Positions 51,111 through 61,545 of a DNA stretch of 64,000 nucleotides are shown here, piece after piece; within the stretch, counting starts at the first letter, position 1; every line of letters begins with the position of its first letter. The DNA is from Candidatus Oxydemutatoraceae bacterium. GTDB lineage: Bacteria > Pseudomonadota > Gammaproteobacteria > Poriferisulfidales > Oxydemutatoraceae. A model generated the notes under the pieces. That model was given only the letters and a program-made list of their open reading frames with translations, made no database searches and was not told the origin of the DNA. A program made the position numbers and the translations under genes. The stretch is taken from positions 736,001 through 800,000 of the forward strand of contig CBDCOZ010000003.1 in NCBI GenBank assembly GCA_965220085.1, written 5' to 3'.

Positions 51111-51150
51111 TTATCAAAATTATTAGATACATGATATCAGGAGAGTAACT

Positions 51151-52738
51151 ATGAATTACAAATACTTTGGTATAACTACCCCCCCCCCCCCCCCCCCCGC
51201 GTTGTCAGGGCAGGATAACCCGGCATAGCCTCTGGCCGCTCACTCTGCTGGCCCTGTTTGCGCTCTGCGCTCAGGCGCAAGCGCAGAACGCCACTGGCAT
51301 GCCGGAGGTCACTTACGTCAGCGGCATAACCGTTCCCACTGAGGACTCCGCCATCACCGCATCTCAGGGCACCATAGCCGACCCGGACAATACGCCCACC
51401 ACCACGGTCGGCGCCCTCAGCTGGCAGTGGAGCATGGCCGACACCAATGGCGGCACCTACACCGCCATCGCCATGGCGACCAATGCCGCATTCACTCCGG
51501 GCGATGATGAGGTGGGCAAGTTTCTGCAGGTCTGCGCATCGTTCATGGATATGGCCACCACCCCCAATTCGGAGATGCGATGCCTGCAGATAGCCACCGC
51601 TGTGGCCAATGTCAATGACAAGCCGGTATCCATAAACACCAATCTTGTAGTAAATATAAACGCCGATGCCGACAGCCCTCATCCGCTTCGGGCATCCGAC
51701 TTCCCGTTCACCGATGCCGACAAAGATATGCTGGCTGGTGTCATCATACATAGCCTGCCCAGCCACGGTACCATGAGTCTGGATGGCACAGCCCTGACCA
51801 GCGACGATGTTCCCACAGCAACCATAACCGTGGCCAAACTGGACGCTGGTGCCCTGACCTATTACCCGACACCAGCCCAGCGAATGCCGAGCTTCGCAGC
51901 AGTCTCCTTCTTCCAGGCCAGGGTGGTGGATGATGGCAGCGATGGCACCGACAACAAGACCAGCATTGGTGCCAACATCCTTATCGTTCTGACATCGCCG
52001 GACCAGACTGCCGCCAGTGGTGCCCCCACCATAATCCCGTCCACCACCGCCGACAACCCGACCCACGCCGAGGATGCCCAGTTGACCGCCAGCAGCGATG
52101 GCATCACCGAGCCCAATGGCATAGACCGCACCACCCTGAGGTGGCAATGGCAGTCATCCCCCGCCAGCGATGGCGCTTTTGCAGCCATAAACGGCGCGAC
52201 CGGGGTGCTATTCACCCCCCTGCAGGCGCATGTGGGCCAATACATCCGGGTCTGCGTCAGTTTCATGGATTTCCACGCCATGCCGGAGACTGTGGAGGGC
52301 CTGTGTTCCGCCGCCGCCCGGGTGCGCAACGTAAACGATGCGCCCCGGGCGCAAAACCGTACGATAAATGTGTCGGTGGATGCCACGATGAGCGAGCCTT
52401 TCAGGTTCGCCGTCGACGACTTTCCCTTTGCCGATGAGGACGATGACAACTTAGTCAACGTGGAGATTGCCAGCCTGCCGGGTGCCGGCACCCTGCAAAT
52501 AAACGGCGCTGACGCCACTGTCGGCGATATCATAGAAGCCGATGACATAGACGACTTGGCGTACTATCCCGCCAGCCAGAATGCCCAGGCCGGCTACGCC
52601 GCCTTCACCTTCAAGGTAACCGACGATGGCAGCGATGGCAGCGGCAACAAAACTTCCGGCGCCGCCACAATCACCATCAATCTCACGGAGCACTTGCGCC
52701 TGCGCTTGCGCCTCTTTCTGGAAGGCCCGTTGCGATAG
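51151..52738 (+). CDS. Secreted Ig/cadherin-like repeat protein with LRLRLFLEGPLR tail; frameshifted in poly-C (C20, 51179-51198), putative phase-OFF
   Basis: AGGAG-ATG 51151 (MNYKYFGITTPP). C19 would give PRCQGRITRHSLWPL...ALCAQAQAQ, as in 37655. Confidence 0.78.
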
Positions 52739-53167
52739 CGCGCGTACCGGCGGCGGGGTTGAGTGCGCGCATTGCGACTCGGCAAAGCGCTCCGGCAGCG
52801 GCAACAAAACTTCCGGCGCCGCCACAGTTTCGGCGGTCGGCAGTCGGCGTTAGGGTGCGCTTTCACAGGGCGGTATTTCTGCCGCCGCCGCTATGACCGT
52901 GTGTGAAATCGCGGGCAGACATTGCTTTTGCAACAACTTTCATTGTTGCCGGACGGGGCGGGCATATGCGTCCTTTTCCCGCGTCAACGGCGGTTATCCT
53001 TGCGCGGGCAGCAATTCGGCGGTCGGCAGCGCTAAACCGCTCATTGAGAAGGAGCGCAGAGTTCCTTGCGCGGGCAGCAATTCGGCGGTCGGCGGCGCGG
53101 TTTGTACTATAATCATTTTAGCCATTCAGTTCATCTGATTATTTTCGTTTTGGATTTGGAGACGCAG

Positions 53168-53632
53168 ATGTTGTTATTTGTGTGCTCGCGCAATATCTGT
53201 CGCTCAGCTGTTGCCGAAGCAGTATTCAATTATATTTTGCAATCTTCGGGCCGAAGCCCGGCGGCGCAGTCCGCGGGCGCCCGCGCGGATTGCCCGGGAG
53301 AACCCGCCGATTCGCTTATGCGACAAGTTGCCGCGCGCCGCGGCTATGATTTGTCCGCGCATTCTTCGCGCGCGATGGACAGCCTGTCGCCGTCCGACTT
53401 CTCGCATGCGTTTTGGCTCGATGCCTCCCAGCGCGACCCGTTGCGGCGCTGGGCGAGCGGCGCGGACATCGCCATCGCGCCGTTGATGCGCTACTCCGAG
53501 TATTATGCGACCGATGAGGTGTTGATGCCCGCGGCCGCTTCGGCGGCACACGGGTATGCGCTGATGTTGGATCAGGTTGAGGACGCGTGTCTCGGCTTGT
53601 GGCATCATCTCACAAAGGAAGGGGTGTTTTGA
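53168..53632 (+). CDS. Low-molecular-weight protein tyrosine phosphatase-like protein
   Basis: FVC.RNICRS..AEA, SAG, RGYDLS.H.SR; the usual DP(Y/W) motif is absent. Confidence 0.75.
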   Translation: MLLFVCSRNICRSAVAEAVFNYILQSSGRSPAAQSAGARADCPGEPADSLMRQVAARRGYDLSAHSSRAMDSLSPSDFSHAFWLDASQRDPLRRWASGADIAIAPLMRYSEYYATDEVLMPAAASAAHGYALMLDQVEDACLGLWHHLTKEGVF

Positions 53633-54762
53633 GCACGTTTGATCCGTTTGCGCTTTGTCAGCCGGGCCTGCGCGATATCAAACCGTATCAGCCGGGCAGT
53701 ACCGCGGAACAAATTGAAGAGAAATTCGGCATTCGCGACGCTCTCAAATTGGCGTCCAACGAGAACCTGCTCGGCCCGAGCGAGCGGGTTGCGCAGGCGC
53801 TGAATGACGGCGGCAAAGAGGCGCGCTTTTACCCCGATGGCGCGGGGCGGGCGTTGAAAGAGTTGCTGGCGGCGCACTGCGATGTGACACCCGCGCAGAT
53901 CACGCTTGGGAACGGTTCCAACGAACTGCTGGAGCTCATCGCGCGGGGGTTTCTCGCGCCCGCAAAGAGCGCGGCGTATTCGCAACACGCATTCGCGGCA
54001 TATGAGTTGGTGACCAAACTGAGCGGCGCGAAAGCGGTCGTCGCAGCGGCGCGTTCGCCCGCCGATGAAAGCATGCCTTATGGGTGCGATCTGGCGGCGA
54101 TGGGCGCGGCTATCGGGCCGGCGACAGCGGTTGTTTTTATCGCCAACCCGAACAATCCGACCGGCACTTGGCTTGCGACATCCGAGTTATACGACTTTGT
54201 GCGCGCCGTGCCCGCCAATACGATTGTCGTCATCGACGAAGCGTATGCGGAGTATGTCGAAGCGCCCGACTATCCGAGTTGCGCCGGATGGCTTGCGGAG
54301 TTTCCCAATCTGATCGTGACGCGCACCTTTTCCAAGTTGTTTGCGCTGGCCGGTTTGCGCATCGGCTATGCTGTGTCCTCGCCCGCGATCGCCGATATTC
54401 TGGATCGTTTGCGCCAACCGTTTAATGTCAATGCGCTGGCGCAGGCGGCGGCGGCGGTAGCACTCTCTGATCGGGCGCATATCGCCAAAAGCATCGCTTT
54501 GAATCGCGAGGGGCTGGCGATATTGCGCGAGGGGCTTGAGGGCATGAACCTCGCTTGCCTGCCGTCGGCGGCAAACTTTATCTGTTGCGAAGTCGGCGAT
54601 GCGCAGTCGGTTTATAAACGGTTGCTTGAGCAGGGCGTTATCGTGCGCCCGATAGGCGGATATGATCTGCCTTGCCATTTAAGAATTACCGTGGGTTTGC
54701 CCGAACACAATGAGCGTTTTCTCAGCGCCATGAGACGGGTCATGAGACGGGTGACGGCGTAA
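53629..54762 (+). CDS. hisC: Histidinol-phosphate aminotransferase
   Basis: KLASNEN, GNGSNE, NPNNPTG, DEAY.EY, RTFSK..LAGLRIGY. Confidence 0.95.
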   Translation: MSTFDPFALCQPGLRDIKPYQPGSTAEQIEEKFGIRDALKLASNENLLGPSERVAQALNDGGKEARFYPDGAGRALKELLAAHCDVTPAQITLGNGSNELLELIARGFLAPAKSAAYSQHAFAAYELVTKLSGAKAVVAAARSPADESMPYGCDLAAMGAAIGPATAVVFIANPNNPTGTWLATSELYDFVRAVPANTIVVIDEAYAEYVEAPDYPSCAGWLAEFPNLIVTRTFSKLFALAGLRIGYAVSSPAIADILDRLRQPFNVNALAQAAAAVALSDRAHIAKSIALNREGLAILREGLEGMNLACLPSAANFICCEVGDAQSVYKRLLEQGVIVRPIGGYDLPCHLRITVGLPEHNERFLSAMRRVMRRVTA

Positions 54763-54786
54763 GTTTCCGCTGATATCTCTCGGCAA

Positions 54787-55683
54787 ATGAAGCATATAAA
54801 AGAAAGCGCGAATGCACTGCCCGATCATCTCGGCATCATCGGCACCGGCTTGATCGGCGTCTCGCTGGTTCTGGCGCTGAAACAGCGCGGACTGAAATTG
54901 AAAGTGACCGGCTTTGATGCGAACCGCGCGCATCTGCAATGCGCCGCGGAGGTCGCCGGCTTTGATGCGCTGGCTGACTCGCCGCAACAGGCGGCGGCCG
55001 GCGGCGGGGTGATTGTTCTTGCGACGCACCCGAGCGCGATGCGCGAAGTGTTCGAGCAACTGGGTTCTCTTGATGCGGGCGCGGTCGTAAGCGATGTCGG
55101 CAGCGTCAAGCGCAGCATCATCCGCTCCGCCGAGACGGCGTTAGGCGACGATTGCGCGCAGTTTGTCCCGTCGCATCCGATTGCCGGCACCGAGCGCAGC
55201 GGCCCGCAGGCGGCGGATGCGATGTTGTTTGAAGGGTGTGCCGCGGTAGTGACGCCGCTCCCCGGCAACGCGGCCTCTGCGGTGCGGGTGATTGCGGATT
55301 TGTGGCATCGGGCGGGCGCTGCGAAGGTGCTTGAGATGACGCCGGAAGAACACGACCGTATCTTTGCGCGCAGCAGCCACCTGCCGCATGCGCTGGCGTA
55401 TGCGTTGATGCACAGCATAAGCGACACCTTGTCCGCCGCCGATATGGATTTGTATTCCGCGGGGGGCTTGCGCGGTTTTGCCCGCCTGGCCGCCAGCGAC
55501 CCGGATTTGTGGTGCGATATTCTGCTGTCAAATTCCGACCGGATTATTCCCGCATTGCAATCGTTTCATGATTCCAGCGATAGCCTGCGGGCGATGTTGG
55601 AGCGCCGCGATGCCGACGGTTTGCGCGATCTGTTCCGTCAGGTGAAGTGCTGTTGCCGCCGGCCCGACGGGGGAGGCGAATAG
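54787..55683 (+). CDS. tyrA: Prephenate/cyclohexadienyl dehydrogenase
   Basis: G.GLIG.S, DVGSVK, HPIAGTERSG, HD......SHLPH. Confidence 0.9.
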   Translation: MKHIKESANALPDHLGIIGTGLIGVSLVLALKQRGLKLKVTGFDANRAHLQCAAEVAGFDALADSPQQAAAGGGVIVLATHPSAMREVFEQLGSLDAGAVVSDVGSVKRSIIRSAETALGDDCAQFVPSHPIAGTERSGPQAADAMLFEGCAAVVTPLPGNAASAVRVIADLWHRAGAAKVLEMTPEEHDRIFARSSHLPHALAYALMHSISDTLSAADMDLYSAGGLRGFARLAASDPDLWCDILLSNSDRIIPALQSFHDSSDSLRAMLERRDADGLRDLFRQVKCCCRRPDGGGE

Positions 55684-55688
55684 GCGCC

Positions 55689-56999
55689 ATGTCCGCTCTT
55701 ACGCTTCGCTCACAACCGGTCGCCGCTTTGGCGGGCGAGGCGCGGGCGCCCGGGGACAAGTCTATTTCGCATCGCGCTTTGATGCTTGCGGCGATCGCCC
55801 GGGGCGACAGCGAGATTACCGGCTTCCTTCACAGCGACGATTGCCAGGCGACTGCCGATGCATTGCGTATGTTAGGGGTCTCCATTGAATATGACGGGCG
55901 CGATCGTGTGCTCGTGCGCGGCGGCGGGCGGCGGGCGTTTGCCGCCGCCGATGCCGAGATTGACCTCGGCAATTCCGGCACGTCGATGCGTTTATTGAGC
56001 GGCTTGCTCGTCGCGCAACCTTTTGCGAGCGCGCTGACCGGGGACAGGTCTTTGAATACGCGTCCGATGCAACGGATTACAGACCCCTTGCGGATGATGG
56101 GAGCGGATATTCAAGCGACGCCCGACGGCACGCCGCCTCTGGTGATCAAACCGTGCGCGGGCTTGCAAGGCATTTCTTACGCGTTGCCGATGTCCAGCGC
56201 GCAGGTGAAATCCTGCCTTTTGCTGGCCGGATTGTATGCCCGCGGGCGGACTACGGTGACCGAGCCCGCGCCAAGCCGCGATCATACCGAGCGGATGCTC
56301 CGAGCGTTTTCATATCCGCTGACCTGCGATCAAGGCGGTATCAGCCTAGAAGGCGGCGGCGAGCTGAGGGCGACCCGGGTGGATGTGCCGGGCGATATTT
56401 CATCGGCGATGTTTTTTATCGTCGCAGCCTGTATCATAAAGGGTTCTAAGTTGACGGTTCGCGATGTCGGGGTCAATCCGACCCGCATCGGAGCGATAGA
56501 TATTTTACGGAGCATGGGAGCGATGATAGAAATAAAACATATGCGCGAAGCAAACGGAGAGCCGCTTGCCGACATTGCGGTGGAGTCGCGTGATCTGCGC
56601 GGCGCGGAGATTGCGCCCGAACAAGTGCCGGCAGCGATCGATGAGTTCCCGATATTGTTTGTCGCCGCCGCTTGCGCGAAGGGCAAGACCTGTTTGCGCG
56701 GCGCGAAGGAGTTGCGGGTGAAAGAGAGCGATCGCATCGGCACGATGGCGGACGGGTTGCGGCGGTGCGGGGTGCGCGCCGAGACCTTTGACGAGGGCAT
56801 CGTGATCGAAGGCGGGGGGCTGAGCGGCGGCGCGGTCGATGCGGCGGATGATCATCGCGTTGCGATGGCGTTCTCTGTCGCCGGCGCTGTCGCGGCGGCG
56901 CCCGTTACGATTAAAAACTGCGCCGGTATCGCGAGTTCCTTCCCGGGCTTTGCCGAATGCGCCAACGCTATCGGCATGCATATCAGCGAGGAGACGTGA
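55689..56999 (+). CDS. aroA: 3-phosphoshikimate 1-carboxyvinyltransferase
   Basis: PGDKSISHR, GNSGT.MRL, SAQVKS, RDHTERML, RVKESDR, DHR.AM. Confidence 0.97.
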   Translation: MSALTLRSQPVAALAGEARAPGDKSISHRALMLAAIARGDSEITGFLHSDDCQATADALRMLGVSIEYDGRDRVLVRGGGRRAFAAADAEIDLGNSGTSMRLLSGLLVAQPFASALTGDRSLNTRPMQRITDPLRMMGADIQATPDGTPPLVIKPCAGLQGISYALPMSSAQVKSCLLLAGLYARGRTTVTEPAPSRDHTERMLRAFSYPLTCDQGGISLEGGGELRATRVDVPGDISSAMFFIVAACIIKGSKLTVRDVGVNPTRIGAIDILRSMGAMIEIKHMREANGEPLADIAVESRDLRGAEIAPEQVPAAIDEFPILFVAAACAKGKTCLRGAKELRVKESDRIGTMADGLRRCGVRAETFDEGIVIEGGGLSGGAVDAADDHRVAMAFSVAGAVAAAPVTIKNCAGIASSFPGFAECANAIGMHISEET

Positions 57000-57676
57000 T
57001 GGCGGCGGAAGTAATTGCGGTGGATGGCCCGGCGGGTTCCGGCAAGAGCACGATCGCTTCCGGACTCGCGCTTACTTTGAGTTTTCATCTGCTTGTCAGC
57101 GGCGCGCTATACCGCATCATAGGCGAGGCTTTTCGGAGAAAGTCTATCGATGTGCGCGACAGCGAGGCGATAACCAATCTGGTATCCGCGATCGATATGC
57201 AGTGCATACCGATGAAAGGCAAGACGCGCATTATCTATAATGGCACCGATGTGACGAATGAGATCAGCAAAGAATCGTATGCCGCCGACGCCTCGTATGT
57301 GGGCACTATTCCCAAGGTGCGCGAGGCGATATTGAATCTGCAGCGTTGTTATCGCGCAACACCGGGTCTTGTCGCCGAAGGACGGGATATGGGAAATGTG
57401 GTATTTCCCGAAGCCAAACTCAAGATATTTTTGACTGCCAGCATTGAGGTTCGCGCCGAACGGAGGCTCCGGCAGTTGAATAAATTGGGGGTAAATGCTA
57501 ATCTTAGCGACCTTGCCCAAGGCATATCGCAACGAGATGAGCAGGATGCGGGACGCGCTATTGCTCCCCTCAAATTGATGCCCGATGCCGCATTGGTGGA
57601 CACGAGCGATTTGACAGCGAAGGAAACGGTGGAGACTTTGATCGGCATGGCAAGAGAACGCGGAATTTGTCCGTAG
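56999..57676 (+). CDS. cmk: Cytidylate kinase
   Basis: DGPAGSGKST, GA.YR, EGRDMG.VVFP, RD..D..R..APL. Confidence 0.95.
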   Translation: MAAEVIAVDGPAGSGKSTIASGLALTLSFHLLVSGALYRIIGEAFRRKSIDVRDSEAITNLVSAIDMQCIPMKGKTRIIYNGTDVTNEISKESYAADASYVGTIPKVREAILNLQRCYRATPGLVAEGRDMGNVVFPEAKLKIFLTASIEVRAERRLRQLNKLGVNANLSDLAQGISQRDEQDAGRAIAPLKLMPDAALVDTSDLTAKETVETLIGMARERGICP

Positions 57677-57690
57677 CAAACAAATATATT

Positions 57691-59388
57691 ATGAGTGAAA
57701 ATTTTTCTGAATTATTTGAAAGTCAAAAGGAGAGCCTGAACATCAAGCGCGGCTCCTTGATTACCGGCATGGTCGCCGCGATCACCGATTCTACGGTTGT
57801 CATCAATGCGGGCCTGAAATCGGAGGGGGTGATTCCTTCCGATGAGTTTCTCGATCAGGACAACGAACTGGAGGTCGCTGTCGGCGACACGGTCGAGGTG
57901 GTGTTGGAGGCTTTGGAAGACAGCGTCGGCACCGTGAGTATGTCCCGTATCCGCGCGCGCCAGTTGCGGGTGTGGAAGCAACTCGAAGACGCCCACAAGG
58001 ATAACCTGACGATGAAAGGCATCTTTTCCGACAAGGTCAAAGGCGGGTTTACGGTGGATATAAACGGCGTGACCGCCTTTTTGCCCGGCTCCTTGACCGA
58101 TATCAAACCCGTGCGCGACAACAATCTCAGTTATCTTGAGAACAAAGAGATAGAATTCAAAGTCATCAAGCTCGACCACCAGCGCAATAATATTGTCGTA
58201 TCGCGCAAGGCGGTGCTGGAAACCGAACACAACGCCGAGCGCGAGGAGGCGGTGAAAAATCTCAAGCAAGGCGCTGTCGTCAAAGGCGTCGTCAAACACC
58301 TGACCAACTATGGCGCATTCTTGGGCTTCAACGGTCTTGACGGCCTGCTGCACATAACCGACATCGCATGGAAGCGCATCCGAGACCCTTCCGATGTGCT
58401 TGCCATCGGCGACGAAGTGGAAGTCAAAGTCCTCAATCACGACAAAGAGAAAGGCCGTATCTCGCTCGGCCTCAAGCAGATGACCGAAGACCCGTGGGAG
58501 AGGTTGGTTGAGCGTTATCCCGAGGGCACGCGCACCGTCGGCCGGGTGACGAACCTGACCGAGTACGGTTGCTTCGTTGAACTGGAAGAGAGCATAGAAG
58601 GGTTGGTGCATGTGTCCGAAATGGATTGGACAAACCGGAATATGACTCCTTCTAAGATGGTTTCTGTCGGCGACGAAGCGGAGGTGATGGTAATCGGCAT
58701 CGATAAGGCCAAGCGGCGCATATCGCTCGGCTTTAAGCAATGCACCCCGAATCCTTGGGCCGAGTTCTCGCGCAAATACCCGAAAGGGAGCAAGTTCAAA
58801 GGCGAGGTGAAATCGATCAACGATTTTGGCATTTTTGTCGGTGTGCCCGGGGGCAAGATTGACGGCTTGGTGCATACCAGCGATATCTCGGCGACCGAAC
58901 CCGCGGAGCAGGCCATATTGCAATACAAAAAAGGCGATATGGTCGAGGTGACGGTCTTTTCAACGGATATTGAGAAAGAGCGAATCGCGCTGAGTATCAA
59001 AGCGCTTCAGGACGATGTGTTGCAAGATTATTTTAATAAACACGGCAAAGGCTCGGCGGTTACCGGCACAGTGATTGCGGCGGAAGAGAAGCGGGTATGG
59101 GTGCGGCTTGCCGACAAAGTAAAAGGGATGGTGCCGCCGTCTGATTTCAAAGGCGAACACGGAAAGAAAAAGGTTGCGGAAGGGGATGAGGTCGAAGCGA
59201 AGGTAATGGGCATTGACAGAAAGAACTTTGCGATCAGGCTGTCCGTGAAAGAGAGAGAAAGAGAAGAGGAAGCGCGGGCTGTCAAAGAGTATTCGGCAAA
59301 AGAAGAATCTACCGGCGCTTCGTTGGGCGACCGCATCATAGGGAGTTCTATCATGGATAAGTTGTCGGGCCTGTTTAAGAAGAAGTGA
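57691..59388 (+). CDS. rpsA: 30S ribosomal protein S1
   Basis: Six S1 repeats; AFLPGS, DGLLHITD, EGLVHVSEMDW. Confidence 0.97.
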   Translation: MSENFSELFESQKESLNIKRGSLITGMVAAITDSTVVINAGLKSEGVIPSDEFLDQDNELEVAVGDTVEVVLEALEDSVGTVSMSRIRARQLRVWKQLEDAHKDNLTMKGIFSDKVKGGFTVDINGVTAFLPGSLTDIKPVRDNNLSYLENKEIEFKVIKLDHQRNNIVVSRKAVLETEHNAEREEAVKNLKQGAVVKGVVKHLTNYGAFLGFNGLDGLLHITDIAWKRIRDPSDVLAIGDEVEVKVLNHDKEKGRISLGLKQMTEDPWERLVERYPEGTRTVGRVTNLTEYGCFVELEESIEGLVHVSEMDWTNRNMTPSKMVSVGDEAEVMVIGIDKAKRRISLGFKQCTPNPWAEFSRKYPKGSKFKGEVKSINDFGIFVGVPGGKIDGLVHTSDISATEPAEQAILQYKKGDMVEVTVFSTDIEKERIALSIKALQDDVLQDYFNKHGKGSAVTGTVIAAEEKRVWVRLADKVKGMVPPSDFKGEHGKKKVAEGDEVEAKVMGIDRKNFAIRLSVKEREREEEARAVKEYSAKEESTGASLGDRIIGSSIMDKLSGLFKKK

Positions 59389-59407
59389 TATCGGGATATT
59401 TTTCAGT

Positions 59408-59749
59408 ATGTCAAACGATAAAAAATTTCCCGCAGTCAATTGCTCTGAGTTGATCGAGAGACTCGCCCGCAAGCAACCCCACCTCAAGCCCAAAGACATC
59501 AAGGATGCGGTCAGGCTGTCTCTTGATTGCATCAGCGAAAGTCTGGGACGAGGCGGACGGGTCGAAGTGCGTCACTTCGGCAGTTTCTCGGTGCACACGC
59601 ACAAAGAGAAACTGACTCGCAATTTGAAGACGCACAAAGCGGTCGTGGTTTCGTCCCGCAAGTCGCCGCACTTTAAGCCGAGTTCATCGCTTAAAAGACG
59701 CGTCAATAGGGTGAACAGCGACCCCGGTTACTACGACGTTATTATCTGA
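59408..59749 (+). CDS. ihfB: Integration host factor beta subunit
   Basis: SELI..LA, G.RVE.R.FGSF, RN.KT, PHFKP..L..RVN; follows rpsA. Confidence 0.88.
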   Translation: MSNDKKFPAVNCSELIERLARKQPHLKPKDIKDAVRLSLDCISESLGRGGRVEVRHFGSFSVHTHKEKLTRNLKTHKAVVVSSRKSPHFKPSSSLKRRVNRVNSDPGYYDVII

Positions 59750-59784
59750 CTTTCTCGGACAGCGGCGGTTTTAAGGAGATCGTT

Positions 59785-60966
59785 ATGACTTCGTTTTTAA
59801 TGGGATGGTTTTGGTTCCTCTTGCCGCTGGCCGCATTGAGCGGTTGGTACTTTGGCACGCGGGAAAACGAAAACAACACATGGACGAAGACTCCGGAGTA
59901 TATTGCCGGCCTCAACTACCTTCTCAACCAGCAGACGACCAAAGCCATCGACACCTTGATTAAATTCTTCAAGGTAAACCTGACCACCGTGGATACGCAC
60001 ATCATTCTGGGCAATCTGTTCCGCGAGAAAGGGGAACTTGAAAAAGCGATAAAGATACATCACAACGTGGTATCGCGCGACAATATTAGCGGCGAAACAA
60101 GGGTGATGGCGATGCTTGAACTCGGGCGCGACTACTTCTCTTCGGGTTTGTTGGACAATGCCGAAGAGATTTTTCTGAAACTGACCCAATGCGATTCGCG
60201 CTCGGCGGTGCGCGAAGCGCATATCAGCCTGGTCACCATTTACGAGCGAGAAAAATCGTGGGAGAAGGCTATCAAATGCGCCGGTTATCTGATGAACAGC
60301 GGCGATCAGGAATATCGTCTGCGGATAACCCACTATCATTGCGAACAGGTCGACCAACTGCTGGCAAAGCATGATTACAAGCAAGCAAAAAAGAGCGTGG
60401 CAAACCTGCACTCCGCCGGCAATGTCAGAGCCGCCATCTTGGAAGGGGACGCGGAGTTTGTCTGCGGTCATCACTCGATTGCCATGCATCTGTATTCCAA
60501 TGTGTTCACCCGCTGGCCGGCTTATGCGCAGATCGTATTGCCCAAGTTGAAGGCTTGTTTCCCCCCGCACAGCATGGGGGAGTTTGCCAATCACTTGCAT
60601 AAGTTGACGCCGTCGGTGATGACCGTTTCTTATATCATGTCTTATACCCGCGCCTTGCTCGGTTCGCATAGGCCGGAAGAAGCCGAAGCGTTCGCATTGA
60701 ACTTGATCAAGAGCCAGTGCGTGCCGGTCTCAATGCTCAGACTGTTTATTGAGAACAGCATCAAAAGGGAGCAATCCGACGAGAAAGAACTGATGCCCCA
60801 TTTTGTCGAGGCGCTCAGACAACACGAGGAAGCCACCGGATTCTCTTGCTCGGAATGCGGTTTTGAAACCGCCCACCTGTATTGGCAATGCCCGAGTTGC
60901 CACAGTTGGCAGACCGCTTGTTCGTTGGATATAGTGGAATCTGCCAAAGACGCCTCGCTACAATAG
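59785..60966 (+). CDS. lapB: Lipopolysaccharide assembly protein B
   Basis: N-terminal TM, Y..GLNYLL..Q..KAID, TPRs, C-terminal C..CGF......WQCPSC..W. Confidence 0.92.
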   Translation: MTSFLMGWFWFLLPLAALSGWYFGTRENENNTWTKTPEYIAGLNYLLNQQTTKAIDTLIKFFKVNLTTVDTHIILGNLFREKGELEKAIKIHHNVVSRDNISGETRVMAMLELGRDYFSSGLLDNAEEIFLKLTQCDSRSAVREAHISLVTIYEREKSWEKAIKCAGYLMNSGDQEYRLRITHYHCEQVDQLLAKHDYKQAKKSVANLHSAGNVRAAILEGDAEFVCGHHSIAMHLYSNVFTRWPAYAQIVLPKLKACFPPHSMGEFANHLHKLTPSVMTVSYIMSYTRALLGSHRPEEAEAFALNLIKSQCVPVSMLRLFIENSIKREQSDEKELMPHFVEALRQHEEATGFSCSECGFETAHLYWQCPSCHSWQTACSLDIVESAKDASLQ

Positions 60967-61141
60967 GCTAACGGCCTAAGCCACGGCTAAGCCTAAGCCG
61001 CTGCCCGCCCGCCGCGGCGCGCTTTGCCGCCAAATTTGCCGTTTGTCAGACGAATATGCGCTTTCGTCTCATTCGTCGCTTCGCCTTGTAAAAAGCGGTT
61101 TATGTTCTTGCTTCCTTCATTTTTTATATAGGAGAATTCTA

Positions 61142-61477
61142 ATGAAATGGTTTAAGTTTATTTCTATTATTTGTGCTGTTCTGCTAAGCGGCATGGTGTT
61201 TGCCGAAGTGAACCTCAATACGGCGAGCGAAGAGCAACTGACGGAGGGGCTGGTGAACATTGGCCCGTCCAAAGCGGCGGAGATCGTTCGCTATCGGGAA
61301 AAGTACGGCCCCTTCAAAAGCGTGGACGAACTGGTCGGCGTCAAGGGCATCGGCATAACGACCCTTGAAAGGAACCGTCACTTGCTGACTATCGAAGAAA
61401 GCAAGGCGGACGATAAGCCCGCGAAGATGGATCCCCCGTCACACGAATCCGAGAAGATGATGGGCGATGGCTCATGA
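61142..61477 (+). CDS. comEA: ComEA-like helix-hairpin-helix DNA-binding protein
   Basis: Signal peptide, VNLNTA..E.L, IG..KA..IV.YR...GPF.SV.EL..VKGIG. Confidence 0.88.
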   Translation: MKWFKFISIICAVLLSGMVFAEVNLNTASEEQLTEGLVNIGPSKAAEIVRYREKYGPFKSVDELVGVKGIGITTLERNRHLLTIEESKADDKPAKMDPPSHESEKMMGDGS

Positions 61478-61545
61478 TAAGTTGCAACAAAACAGGCAAA
61501 GAGAACTCATCTCGCTAAGGTTGATTCTTTTTGGTTGTCTCCTCT

